From Elusimicrobiota bacterium (GTDB lineage Bacteria > CG03 > SLGR01 > PWQF01), in the NCBI GenBank assembly GCA_003557485.1, contig PWOI01000078.1:1-60499 (forward strand): a DNA stretch of 60,499 bases. Direction: 5' to 3'. The translations under genes were made by a program, and so were the position numbers. The notes beneath the pieces are model-generated. The model saw only the letters and a list, made by a program, of their open reading frames with translations. It did not search any database and was not told where the DNA came from. Shown here in pieces: positions 18,434 to 27,976 of this stretch (positions are counted from its first letter, which is position 1; each line of letters begins with the position of its first letter).

Positions 18434-20424
18434 GCTTCCTTAATCCTTCATTTCTCTGGCTGGCCCCGCTTGCAGCACTGCCTGTAATTATCCATTTTCT
18501 CAACAGGCCCAAGACAAAAAGCGTTGAGTTTCCCACAATACGCTTTCTCTTGACTGCTACAAGGAAGGTTCTAAGAAAATTTAAAATCCTTCAGCTGCTG
18601 CTTCTTCTTTTAAGGGTCGCTTTTATATTAATGCTTCTAATTGCTTTTGCCCGTCCGGTGCGCAGAGCCCCCCTGGCGGACGAAGCGGTAGATAATATAA
18701 TACTTATAGACACCTCATACAGTATGTCTTTTGTTACGGGAAGAGACAGGGCAATAGATTCTGCAAAAAGACTTGCTGCCGCTCTTACAGATAATCTCGC
18801 AGGGCGCTTTGCTCTTGCTACATTTAACAGAAAACTGGAACTGCATATTTATCCTACCGATGACAAAAACAGGATAAAGAATGCAATATTGGATATAGAA
18901 CTTTCACCTTATCCTTCTGATTTTAATAACAGTTTAAATGAACTGGCGGAATCGGATATAGTGTCAGATCCCGGAGCAAAGAATATAATAATATTTTCAG
19001 ATTTTATCTCTTCCGGTTTTGCCGGCGGCGAGATACCTGATATAGAAAATGCGGAATATATGCTTGTTGAAGTAACAGGTTCAGGTGAAAACGTCTGGAT
19101 AGAAGAAGCGCGCGCCGGATATGCCTATGAACAAACTCCTATTGAAATTATCTGCCTGACGGATGCCACAGAAACCTCTCAGGCCAGGATTGATCTTTAC
19201 ATAGACGGGGAAAGGGTAAGGCGCAAGGAAATAAATGTTTCCGGTTTAAAAGAACTTAGATTCAGCCATACCTTTGAGTATCCCGGAAAGTATACCGGTT
19301 ATCTTTCCATTCACTCCCCACCGGAAAAAAACCGAATTGCCCCTGACAGCGTAAGCTATTTTACCATAAACGTCAGGCCCCGGATAAACGTGCTTCTGGT
19401 AGACGGAAAACCCGGATATACACTTATGGGAGGAGAGAGTTATTTTATAGAAAGGGCTCTTTCACCGCGGCGTTACCGTTCACCCGCTTCGGGAAGAGTT
19501 GTAACAGCCCGGGAACTCATAGATACAGATCTCGAAAACTATGACATTGTCTATCTTTTAAACGTCTCCGTTGACACCGATATCGAACGAAAAATAACAG
19601 ATTACGCCGCATCCGGAGGCTCTGTAGGGATATTTGCAGGAGACAATACAGAAACCGCCGCTTATAACAGGATACTCAGGCATCTTATGCCCCTGGATAT
19701 TTTAAGCAGCAACCCGGCTTCTGCCGGAACTTCAATTGAGCCGTATGAAGGTTCCGCTTTAGATGAAATTTTTTCTGACTCATCCAACCAGATAGAAATA
19801 AAAAAACTAATTCCGGCATCAGGCGCAGCAGGGCTTGAACCTGTGCTGAAATCCGGCTCGTACCCCTTGCTTTTTAAATATCCCTCCCCGGACGGTATTC
19901 AGGGAAACATGGCGTTCTTCGCATCACCCTTATCTGTAAAGTGGGGAAGTTTTCCGCTTTCGGCTCAGTTCCCTGTTTTTGTACATAAGCTCACCTCCTT
20001 TCTGGCAGGCAGAGATGAGGAAGAAGGCTTACTCTATATAAGCGGAGAGGCCCTTCCGCTCAGGCCGGAAAGCAGAGTAAGGTTTGAAACAATGTGGGAG
20101 GAATCTGAAGCTGACCCGCAGCCATATTTGCCGGACTCTTCCTTTCCGGGCCATTATTTCTCAAACGGAGAAATATATGCCGTAAACCTGCAGGGGGGCG
20201 GAGAGTCCCGCATTGAAAAGCTTTCTCCCTCGGAGATACGCAGGTCTTTTCCTTCGGGATCGCATTTTATACCGTATTCTCCATCACTTGAATCAGATAT
20301 GCTTAACGCTGTACTGGGCAGCGAAAAAAGCTCCTTTTTTCTGGCTCTTGCCGCCGCATTCCTTGTAGGAGAAGAGTTTCTTAGAAAATACATCAAAAGA
20401 AAAACTACAGGTGCTGATCAGTGA
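18430..20424 (+). CDS. BatA-domain / vWA membrane-anchored protein
   Basis: MSFLNP..LW...LPVIIH....FPT..FL BatA N-terminus, MIDAS DTSYS, RINVLLVDG...ESYFI, C-terminal TM. Confidence 0.88.
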   Translation: MSFLNPSFLWLAPLAALPVIIHFLNRPKTKSVEFPTIRFLLTATRKVLRKFKILQLLLLLLRVAFILMLLIAFARPVRRAPLADEAVDNIILIDTSYSMSFVTGRDRAIDSAKRLAAALTDNLAGRFALATFNRKLELHIYPTDDKNRIKNAILDIELSPYPSDFNNSLNELAESDIVSDPGAKNIIIFSDFISSGFAGGEIPDIENAEYMLVEVTGSGENVWIEEARAGYAYEQTPIEIICLTDATETSQARIDLYIDGERVRRKEINVSGLKELRFSHTFEYPGKYTGYLSIHSPPEKNRIAPDSVSYFTINVRPRINVLLVDGKPGYTLMGGESYFIERALSPRRYRSPASGRVVTARELIDTDLENYDIVYLLNVSVDTDIERKITDYAASGGSVGIFAGDNTETAAYNRILRHLMPLDILSSNPASAGTSIEPYEGSALDEIFSDSSNQIEIKKLIPASGAAGLEPVLKSGSYPLLFKYPSPDGIQGNMAFFASPLSVKWGSFPLSAQFPVFVHKLTSFLAGRDEEEGLLYISGEALPLRPESRVRFETMWEESEADPQPYLPDSSFPGHYFSNGEIYAVNLQGGGESRIEKLSPSEIRRSFPSGSHFIPYSPSLESDMLNAVLGSEKSSFFLALAAAFLVGEEFLRKYIKRKTTGADQ

Positions 20425-21158
20425 ATTTTAAAAAATTTCTTTTAATTCTGTTATTATTACTTTTATTTTTGCCGGGTAACTTCTACGGAGAAGGCCAGGG
20501 TTCCTGGTTTGTAATATCCCAGCTGAAATTCCCGGGCAACTGGGATCCCCACCCGGGGTTTTTTTCACAGGTACGCCACTACCTGATGAATACAACCTCA
20601 CTGAGGGTAACGGAAGAAAGAAGGGTCCTCACTCTCCAGGATGAAGAGCTTTTTTATTCTCCGTTTCTTATCCTGACCGGGAGAGGCTCATATCCTCAAT
20701 TCTCAGAATCAGAGATAATAAACCTGCGCAGGTATATTACCGGAGGCGGCCTTCTTTTTATAGATACTGCATCTGATGGCGCATTTTCGGAATCGGTAAT
20801 GCGGACAGTTGAAAGATTGTTTCCTGAAAGGCAATTTACCAGAATACCGGACGATCATGCAGTCTTCAGATCCTTTTACCTGATTGAATACGTATCCGGC
20901 CTTAACATCAGAAAACCCTATCTCGAGGGAATAGAAATCGACGGCAGAATCGCCATCCTGAAATCAGAGAACAATATATTCGGAGTATGGGAAAGAGACC
21001 GTCTGGGCAATTTCTACCATGATCCGGTCCCTGGCCGTACCGGGCAGAGAAAAGAAGCAATAAAACTTACTCTTAACATTGCCATGTACTCGGTATGCGG
21101 AACCTATAAGAGCGACCCGGTTCACCAGCCCCATATAGAACGAAAACTGGGAAGATGA
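20421..21158 (+). CDS. DUF4159 domain secreted protein
   Basis: Signal peptide; GNWDP, YSPFLILTG, LRRYITGGGLLFID, IPDDHAVFRSFYL, YKSDPVH. Confidence 0.85.
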   Translation: MNFKKFLLILLLLLLFLPGNFYGEGQGSWFVISQLKFPGNWDPHPGFFSQVRHYLMNTTSLRVTEERRVLTLQDEELFYSPFLILTGRGSYPQFSESEIINLRRYITGGGLLFIDTASDGAFSESVMRTVERLFPERQFTRIPDDHAVFRSFYLIEYVSGLNIRKPYLEGIEIDGRIAILKSENNIFGVWERDRLGNFYHDPVPGRTGQRKEAIKLTLNIAMYSVCGTYKSDPVHQPHIERKLGR

Positions 21159-23278
21159 ATATACAGGCAGCACCGTTAAACCTTTTTTTCATACTTATTG
21201 CAGCTGCATCTGCGGCCGCACTGGCTATACGCCCCTTAAACCGCTATCCGCTCTTAAGGGCTGCAGCATACTCACTGATCCTTTTTCTTCTTCTTACGCC
21301 GGTAATTGAAACCGGAATAAGAAAAACAAGGAAGCCCTTAATAAATATATACGTAGACTATTCCAGATCCATGTCCGTTGAAAACAGGTTTAACGCAGCT
21401 CTCGGTGCCGCACGGGAATTGTATTCCGAATTAAGAGGAAGCGCTGATATTTCCTTCTTTAAGCTCTCCTCAGAGGCAGAAAAAGTCTCTCTTGAACAGC
21501 TCTCTCACCTCTCACCCGACGGTAAATCGACAAACCTTTCTTCCATACTTGAGGGGGATTCCCCCAATGGCAGAATAGTGATTACTGACGGAAGGCATAA
21601 TCTTGGCCCCAACCCTCTGGGGCTGCGGGAACTTGCAGCAGCGCCCGTCTTTGCCATTGGCACAGGCTCGGATTATGAAGTACCTGACCTTGCAATAATG
21701 CGCCCGAGAGTTCCTCCTATAGCATACAGGGGCCGGGAGATAAAGGTGGAGTTTAAAATAAGTAATGCTGCGCCGTCCTCCGGAAATACGGGAGTTTACC
21801 TTAAGAGGGAAGGATCCCTGATAGCATCTAAATCCGTTGATCTGGCCCGCAGAAGTGAAATACCGGTTGAGTTTACTTTTACCCCCACGGAAGCCGGCCT
21901 TAAGGAATATACCCTTGAAGTAGATAGTATTGACGGGGAAATCAATACGGCAAATAACAGAAGAACATTTCATTTAAATGTTAAAAGAGACAGAATACGA
22001 ATCCTTTATGTTTCGGGACAGCCTTCATGGGAATACTCCTTTCTGAGGCGGCTTCTTCTATCCGATCCTCATGTTGAACTGGTATCTTTTCTTATCTTGC
22101 GCAATCCTGACAATGTAACAATAGTTCCTGAAACAGAACTTTCTCTCATACACTTTCCCGCCCGGGAGATGTTTACTGAGGAGATATATAATTTCGACCT
22201 TCTTTTTTATGATAATTTTTCCTATAGGAGATTTTTTCCCTCAGCATACCTTGACCACATAAAGAATTTTGTTGAGCAGGGCGGGGGATTCATTATGCTG
22301 GGCGGTGAAGATTCTTTCGGCAGGGGAGGATACGCAGAAACTTCTATAGAGGAAATTCTTCCCGTAAAAATTGACCCTGGATCTAACTGGGTACGGGAAA
22401 GGGTCTCTCCGGTTGTTGCCGGAGAGCTTTCACACCCCATCCTTGAACTGGCCGCTGATATAACTACTTCAAAAAAGATATGGTCTGAAATGCCGGATAT
22501 GGAAGGCTATGACCCGAAAATAAAGGCCTCCGGCAACGCAGAGGTACTTGTTGAGTCTCCCGAAGGCCTTCCCCTTATAGTTTCAGGTTCTCACGGAAAA
22601 GGAAGAGTTCTTGTATTTAATTCCAACTCAACCTGGAGGTGGGCAATGGGCCTGAGCGGGCAGGGTAAAACACCATATTACTATAACAGGTTCTGGCAGA
22701 ATACCCTCCGGTACGCCATGCAGTCCCCTGAAACAGAACAGGTAAGGATTTTCCCGGAAAAAGACGCCGCCGCTATTGGAGAAACTATTACTATAAATAT
22801 AAAGGTACTGGACAGCAGCTTTGAGCCGGCAGAGGATTCTGCCGTAAGGCTTGCACTGACACTGCCGGACGGATCTTCATCGCCTCTTCCCGGCGCACGC
22901 CCATCCGATCAGCAAGGATGGTACGAAAGCAGACTGCCGGTAGAACTACCGGGAACCCATATAATCAATGCGCAGGCATACAACAGCAACGGTATGCTTT
23001 TAGGACGGGGCCGTGCTGAATTCAGGGGAGTTGAAATAGATATGGAAATGGCCCGCGTTTCAATCAACAGAAACCTGCTTAAAGAAATGGCTGCCCGTTC
23101 CGGCGGAAGCTATTTCAGGCCGGGAGAAATTGATCCGGAAGCAATACTATCGGCACTCGCCGGTTTTGCCGAGACAGAACCGGAGAGAACTTTTCCATGG
23201 CACTTAACACCGGTATTTATTTTCATTCTTCTTTTAATCGTCCTGGAATGGTACTTTTCAGAGAGGGCATCTGAATGA
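21155..23278 (+). CDS. vWA + Ig-like + GATase-like (DUF1355-type) membrane protein
   Basis: DYSRSM and ITDGRHN vWA motifs; RILYVSGQPSWEYSFLRR; GGGFIMLGGEDSFG.GGY; TWRW; C-terminal TM with LEW. Confidence 0.85.
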   Translation: MNIQAAPLNLFFILIAAASAAALAIRPLNRYPLLRAAAYSLILFLLLTPVIETGIRKTRKPLINIYVDYSRSMSVENRFNAALGAARELYSELRGSADISFFKLSSEAEKVSLEQLSHLSPDGKSTNLSSILEGDSPNGRIVITDGRHNLGPNPLGLRELAAAPVFAIGTGSDYEVPDLAIMRPRVPPIAYRGREIKVEFKISNAAPSSGNTGVYLKREGSLIASKSVDLARRSEIPVEFTFTPTEAGLKEYTLEVDSIDGEINTANNRRTFHLNVKRDRIRILYVSGQPSWEYSFLRRLLLSDPHVELVSFLILRNPDNVTIVPETELSLIHFPAREMFTEEIYNFDLLFYDNFSYRRFFPSAYLDHIKNFVEQGGGFIMLGGEDSFGRGGYAETSIEEILPVKIDPGSNWVRERVSPVVAGELSHPILELAADITTSKKIWSEMPDMEGYDPKIKASGNAEVLVESPEGLPLIVSGSHGKGRVLVFNSNSTWRWAMGLSGQGKTPYYYNRFWQNTLRYAMQSPETEQVRIFPEKDAAAIGETITINIKVLDSSFEPAEDSAVRLALTLPDGSSSPLPGARPSDQQGWYESRLPVELPGTHIINAQAYNSNGMLLGRGRAEFRGVEIDMEMARVSINRNLLKEMAARSGGSYFRPGEIDPEAILSALAGFAETEPERTFPWHLTPVFIFILLLIVLEWYFSERASE

Positions 23279-26200
23279 ATAAAGAAAGAGCCGCTAAAAT
23301 TAAAAACTTGAAATCGCTGGCCCGCCGCCTTGCCGTCAGGCAATTTTTCCGCACATATGGCTGCGCCTTTATGAAACCGCTTTATACGGCAGCCGCTTGC
23401 TTCACATTTATCTTTATCTTTACCTGGGCAGGACTGCTTGGAGACCGTTTCGCAGGCGCGGCGTCTTCTGCCGTCTTTTTCGGATTCATCTGCTGGACTA
23501 TTATCCGGGTATTAAAAACAAAGAAAGACAGTCCCCTCTCACTTAAATCAGTCACCGCGTCACTGCAACAGGAGTACCCTGATATGGAAGATAGAATAAT
23601 AAACGCCATTTCACTGTTAAAAGACTCAGACAGTTATCACACCGGTACGGCTCAGGCAGTAATTGACGGACTTGCCCGCGAGACCATGAAAAAAGCCCGG
23701 CTTATGCCCCGCGGAGTCCTTTCTATTAAAAATTTCTACAGGCACCTTCTTTATTTTATCTCTATTACAGTTCTTTTTTCTGCTATTTTCACCCTTGATA
23801 CCTATGAGTCCCAACGCGTTCTCAGAACCATAATCTCTGCAGCAGCAGGGCGAAGCGAGTACCGCCTTGATGTGGAACCGGGAGACATACAGGTTCTGCC
23901 TGGCCGCGATCTTGAAATTACCGCTTACACCGATGCGCCCGGCACTCCGGTACTTGAATACCGCATGCTTTCAGGACGCTACAGTATACGTTTAAGTGAA
24001 AGCCAGACCGGTTTATACAGCGGTTTAATAGAGAAAATCAATTCATCTGTATACTACAGCGTCTCGGCTGACCGGGGCAGGCTAAAAAGCCCTGTTTATA
24101 AAGTATCTGTACTACCGCCGCCTGAGGCCCACAGCATAGAAATAACTTATAATTATCCTGCATATACCGGTATGGCTCCGGAGGTTTCAGAAGATCCTGC
24201 TATAACTGCTTTAAAAGGAACTGTTGTTACAATAAAAGCTGTTTCCCGGACCCCTGTTAAGGAAGCTTTAATTGTAACCGACAGGGATGAGATAAGAATG
24301 GAGATCAAGGACGGTAATACCTTTACGGGACGAATGACAATAAGGGATCAGTCTTTTTACGAAATACGTCTTCGAGGAAGCCAGGGCAGTGTTAACGAAC
24401 CTGTGCGTCATATGGTAACGGTGATAGAGGATACCCCTCCGGAAGTTGAACTTATAATGCCTGTTCAGGATCTTGTTGCCGCTCCTGATGCTAAAATTGA
24501 AATAAGAGGACGCGCCGATGACGGTTTTGGCCTCAGCAGAATATATATACGATATTACATTGGCGTAGGAGGGGAATATAAAGAAGAACATATTAAAAGA
24601 GCAGCATCCAGAAGCGAAACCTTTTCATATGTGTGGAATATAGAAAATACCGGGGCGCCTGAAGGATCGGTAATTACCTATTCTGTAGCAGCCGATGATA
24701 TAAACACTCTCTACGGGCCGGGAACGGGATTCTCCCGGCAGCTGCGGATAGAGATTGAAGATTTCCGTGAACATCACCGAAAAATACTTGATGATACCGA
24801 AGAATTTTCCGAATCACTTATGGAAATGCTTGAAAAAAGCTATGATGCCTCTCTACTACTTGATGAAACAGATTTTAGTGAAGCTTTAAAAGAAATAGAA
24901 GAACTCGGAGACTTACTGGAAAGCAGGCTTGAATTACTGCATTCATTGCTGGAACGGATGGAAGAAAATCCTTACCAGGACATCTCTGTAATGGAAGAGT
25001 TTTCAGGCATAGAAAACAGGCTCTCCAGAATTGCGCAAAAAGATATCCCAGGGCTTTTAGAAATGACAGAGCAGAAAGAGGAGGGTTCGGCAGAAAAGTC
25101 CTGGCAGATTGCTGACGAACTTGGAAAGCTTGCCTCTCTGTCCGAGCATGCCCTGTCACGGCAGCGTATGAGTGATGTTCTTTCAGCCGCTGACGAGACA
25201 ATTGATATGACTTCAGCGCTGGCTGATATGCTAGAGGGAGACCCCGCTCCTGAAGATATTATGCAGGCATTGAACAACCTTCATCAATTGATGAGCAGCC
25301 TTATGGAGTCCCTTATGGAATACCCCGACAGGCTTCCCGATGAATTTATCCATCAAGAAAGTATGCAGAAGATTGATTTCGAAGAAACCGCCGGACAGTT
25401 TGAAGAGATTTACCAGGCCATAAAAGACGGAGATTACGACAGGGCGCGCCAGCTTCTGAAAGAGTTTACCGAATCACTAAGGAATATGCTTGACGCAATG
25501 CACGGCGCGGCCGGAAGTTCTTACACTGATGAACTGGAAGACCTTAACCTGCGGCTTCTGGCACTTCTTGAGGAAATAAAAAAAACTGCCGAAAGACAGG
25601 AGAAACTTATCGGAAAGACCGAAGCCTCTTTTGAAAAACTAGGTGCTCTCAGGGACGACTTTGACAGAAAAAAAATCAGGGAACTTCATGATCATTTCCG
25701 TATTCTTGTCTCTACGGTCAATATGCGTTTTCCAGAAATTGAAAGTGAATTCAGGCAGGGATACCTATACAGGACTGAAGAATTCCTTAACAAAGCGATT
25801 GAAAATACTGACGAAGAATGGAAAAAAGATAAAATACGCGAGTTTTTGTCACGGATAAAGGATGTTCCGCCTGATGAAAAATTTATCACAGAAGATATAA
25901 GAGAGGATTTTCTCAGCCAGAAACTGGAGCAGGAGGAAATAAGAAAGATCACCAAAAATATAAAACTGGGGTTTGAATCACTGTCGCACCAGACGGCTAT
26001 GATGGATATGGAAATAATTAAAAATCTTGAAGGTGCAGAAACTCATATGGAACTGGCTGAAGAAGAGCTCTCCAAACCCTCACCGCGGGCTGCCTTGCAG
26101 AACGAAAGAATAGCATATGCATACCTGCTAGACTCTCTTTCCGGCTCAGAGCAGCTTGCTGAAAAACTCATGTCCCTGCCCGGGAGCATGGATGCGTCCC

Positions 26201-26400
26201 GTCCTTCAGGGTTTCAGAGAATGCCTTCCGGTGAGGCCGGAGCAAGAGGATTCAGGGAAGGTTACGTTGAAATACCGGCGCCCGGCGAAGATATTACGGG
26301 AGAAGAATTCAGGCGGCGGTTGACCGAAGCACTTCAGCAGGAGTTTCCGATGCAGTACCGCAGCCTTATAGAAGAATACTTCAGAACCCTGACTGAATAA
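23275..26400 (+). CDS. DUF4175-like membrane protein with Ig-like domains and a long coiled coil
   Basis: N-terminal TMs, YPAYTG, DTPPEV, ADDGFGL, acidic coiled-coil C-half, terminal P..YR.LIEEYF. Confidence 0.8.
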   Translation: MNKERAAKIKNLKSLARRLAVRQFFRTYGCAFMKPLYTAAACFTFIFIFTWAGLLGDRFAGAASSAVFFGFICWTIIRVLKTKKDSPLSLKSVTASLQQEYPDMEDRIINAISLLKDSDSYHTGTAQAVIDGLARETMKKARLMPRGVLSIKNFYRHLLYFISITVLFSAIFTLDTYESQRVLRTIISAAAGRSEYRLDVEPGDIQVLPGRDLEITAYTDAPGTPVLEYRMLSGRYSIRLSESQTGLYSGLIEKINSSVYYSVSADRGRLKSPVYKVSVLPPPEAHSIEITYNYPAYTGMAPEVSEDPAITALKGTVVTIKAVSRTPVKEALIVTDRDEIRMEIKDGNTFTGRMTIRDQSFYEIRLRGSQGSVNEPVRHMVTVIEDTPPEVELIMPVQDLVAAPDAKIEIRGRADDGFGLSRIYIRYYIGVGGEYKEEHIKRAASRSETFSYVWNIENTGAPEGSVITYSVAADDINTLYGPGTGFSRQLRIEIEDFREHHRKILDDTEEFSESLMEMLEKSYDASLLLDETDFSEALKEIEELGDLLESRLELLHSLLERMEENPYQDISVMEEFSGIENRLSRIAQKDIPGLLEMTEQKEEGSAEKSWQIADELGKLASLSEHALSRQRMSDVLSAADETIDMTSALADMLEGDPAPEDIMQALNNLHQLMSSLMESLMEYPDRLPDEFIHQESMQKIDFEETAGQFEEIYQAIKDGDYDRARQLLKEFTESLRNMLDAMHGAAGSSYTDELEDLNLRLLALLEEIKKTAERQEKLIGKTEASFEKLGALRDDFDRKKIRELHDHFRILVSTVNMRFPEIESEFRQGYLYRTEEFLNKAIENTDEEWKKDKIREFLSRIKDVPPDEKFITEDIREDFLSQKLEQEEIRKITKNIKLGFESLSHQTAMMDMEIIKNLEGAETHMELAEEELSKPSPRAALQNERIAYAYLLDSLSGSEQLAEKLMSLPGSMDASRPSGFQRMPSGEAGARGFREGYVEIPAPGEDITGEEFRRRLTEALQQEFPMQYRSLIEEYFRTLTE

Positions 26401-26438
26401 AAACAGAAGACAACATAACTGTTTTTCATTTTGTGGTG

Positions 26439-26468
26439 TTTACTTAATGCAAATTGAATTGTTATAAT
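26439..26468 (+). promoter_or_regulatory. Putative extended -10 promoter, leaderless geometry
   Basis: TTTACT-18bp-TATAAT with TG at 26460-26461; 8 nt before ATG 26477; no SD. Confidence 0.55.
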
Positions 26469-26476
26469 TAAAAATT

Positions 26477-27976
26477 ATGAAAATCATTATATTATTACTT
26501 GCATTTCTCTTTATAACGGGCATACCCTGCAGCGCCGGTTTTGCAGACCGTGAAATAGTTTCCCTTATTCACTCATGGAAACTCCGGCAGGCAAGAGAGC
26601 TTGCGGAAAGAGAAAATATTGATTCTCCTGCCGTAATGGGACTGCTGGAGTTTTACAGCGGCAACTACTCCAGGGCCCGCTCTTATCTTGAGATGGGGGA
26701 TTTGCCTGAGGAAAGAGAAAGTGAAATTTTTTCAATAATTAACAATACGTACCTGGCAACACGGGATTTTGAAGAAATAGAATCTGAAAGGACGATAATA
26801 AGATATTCGGGCATAGATAAAATTGTTGCGCTTTATCTCGAGGAAATCATGGACAAAGCCATTAAGTCCCTTGAAAATCATCTTAACTGGCAGATAGAGG
26901 ATAAACCCGTAATTGAAATATATCCAGACCGGGAAAGTTTTATGGCAGCTTCCACTCTTACCGAACAGCATATAAAGGTTTCCGGCGCCGTCGGCATATG
27001 TAAATTTAACCGCATGATGATAATCTCTCCGCGTGTGCTGCAGTTCGGTTACAGGTGGCCGGATACAGCTGTTCACGAATTGGTTCATCTTTTTGTAGGC
27101 AGAATATCCGCCAATAGCGGAGTACCTCTATGGCTCAATGAAGGTTTTGCCACAAACCTTGAGGAGGTATGGCGCAACGATATAAGCACACTTAAACCAT
27201 ATGAGATAAACAATCTTGCTGAAGGGCTCCGTAGCGGCAGCTGGGTTGAACTTGATAAAATGAAATACGGAATGCCCACTCTTGATTCGCGTTCGGAGGT
27301 AGCCCTGGCTTTTGCGCAGGTAAAGTCAATGACACGGAAACTGGCCGAGCTGTACGGATGGGAGACACTGGCTTCTTATCTTTACAGAACGAGAACTGAA
27401 AAGGACGCATTTCAGAAAACTTTTGGCCTTACCGAGAATGAATTTAAAGAGATCTGGAAAAAAGATATGGAAACATCCGGGATCAAGCCTCTGCCGGGAG
27501 CCGCCGATCCGGTGTATTCTTTTGCCGATGACCCGGTCAGCGCTGTTGCGCAATGGGTTTCTGAAACCGCGCGCCGGCAGGTCAGCAACGCTGACCGAAT
27601 GGCCGAAAGGGGAAGGCACGACCTTGCAGTACGGATATACTCCGATGCTCTGCGGAACGACCCCGGCAACTCCGTCATACTCAACAGAAAGGGAAGAAGC
27701 TACACGGAACTGGGAGATTATGTAAAGGCCCTTGAATGCTTTGAAAAAGCTTTTGGGCTCAACCCCTCATATCCTCCGCCGTATATCCACGCGGCCCGGA
27801 TATACATCCAGAAGCATAACTGGAAATCTGCAAAAGAGCTGCTCCTTGAGTATATCTACAGAATTCCTTTTAATCCCGAGGCAAGAAAGATGCTGCTTGC
27901 CGCCGCCCGTGAAAGCGGTGACGAACGAACGGCTCATATTGAAAAAAAGGTCATTGAAATTTTAAATGAAAATTAA
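26477..27976 (+). CDS. Secreted peptidase-MA-like zinc metalloprotease with TPR repeats
   Basis: Signal peptide; HELVH...PLWLNEG; C-terminal TPRs. Confidence 0.85.
   Translation: MKIIILLLAFLFITGIPCSAGFADREIVSLIHSWKLRQARELAERENIDSPAVMGLLEFYSGNYSRARSYLEMGDLPEERESEIFSIINNTYLATRDFEEIESERTIIRYSGIDKIVALYLEEIMDKAIKSLENHLNWQIEDKPVIEIYPDRESFMAASTLTEQHIKVSGAVGICKFNRMMIISPRVLQFGYRWPDTAVHELVHLFVGRISANSGVPLWLNEGFATNLEEVWRNDISTLKPYEINNLAEGLRSGSWVELDKMKYGMPTLDSRSEVALAFAQVKSMTRKLAELYGWETLASYLYRTRTEKDAFQKTFGLTENEFKEIWKKDMETSGIKPLPGAADPVYSFADDPVSAVAQWVSETARRQVSNADRMAERGRHDLAVRIYSDALRNDPGNSVILNRKGRSYTELGDYVKALECFEKAFGLNPSYPPPYIHAARIYIQKHNWKSAKELLLEYIYRIPFNPEARKMLLAAARESGDERTAHIEKKVIEILNEN

Noticed and set aside
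26399-26426. Inverted repeat AAAAACAG-N12-CTGTTTTT as a terminator or operator
   Set aside because: The stem is AT-rich with a long loop, too weak to call.
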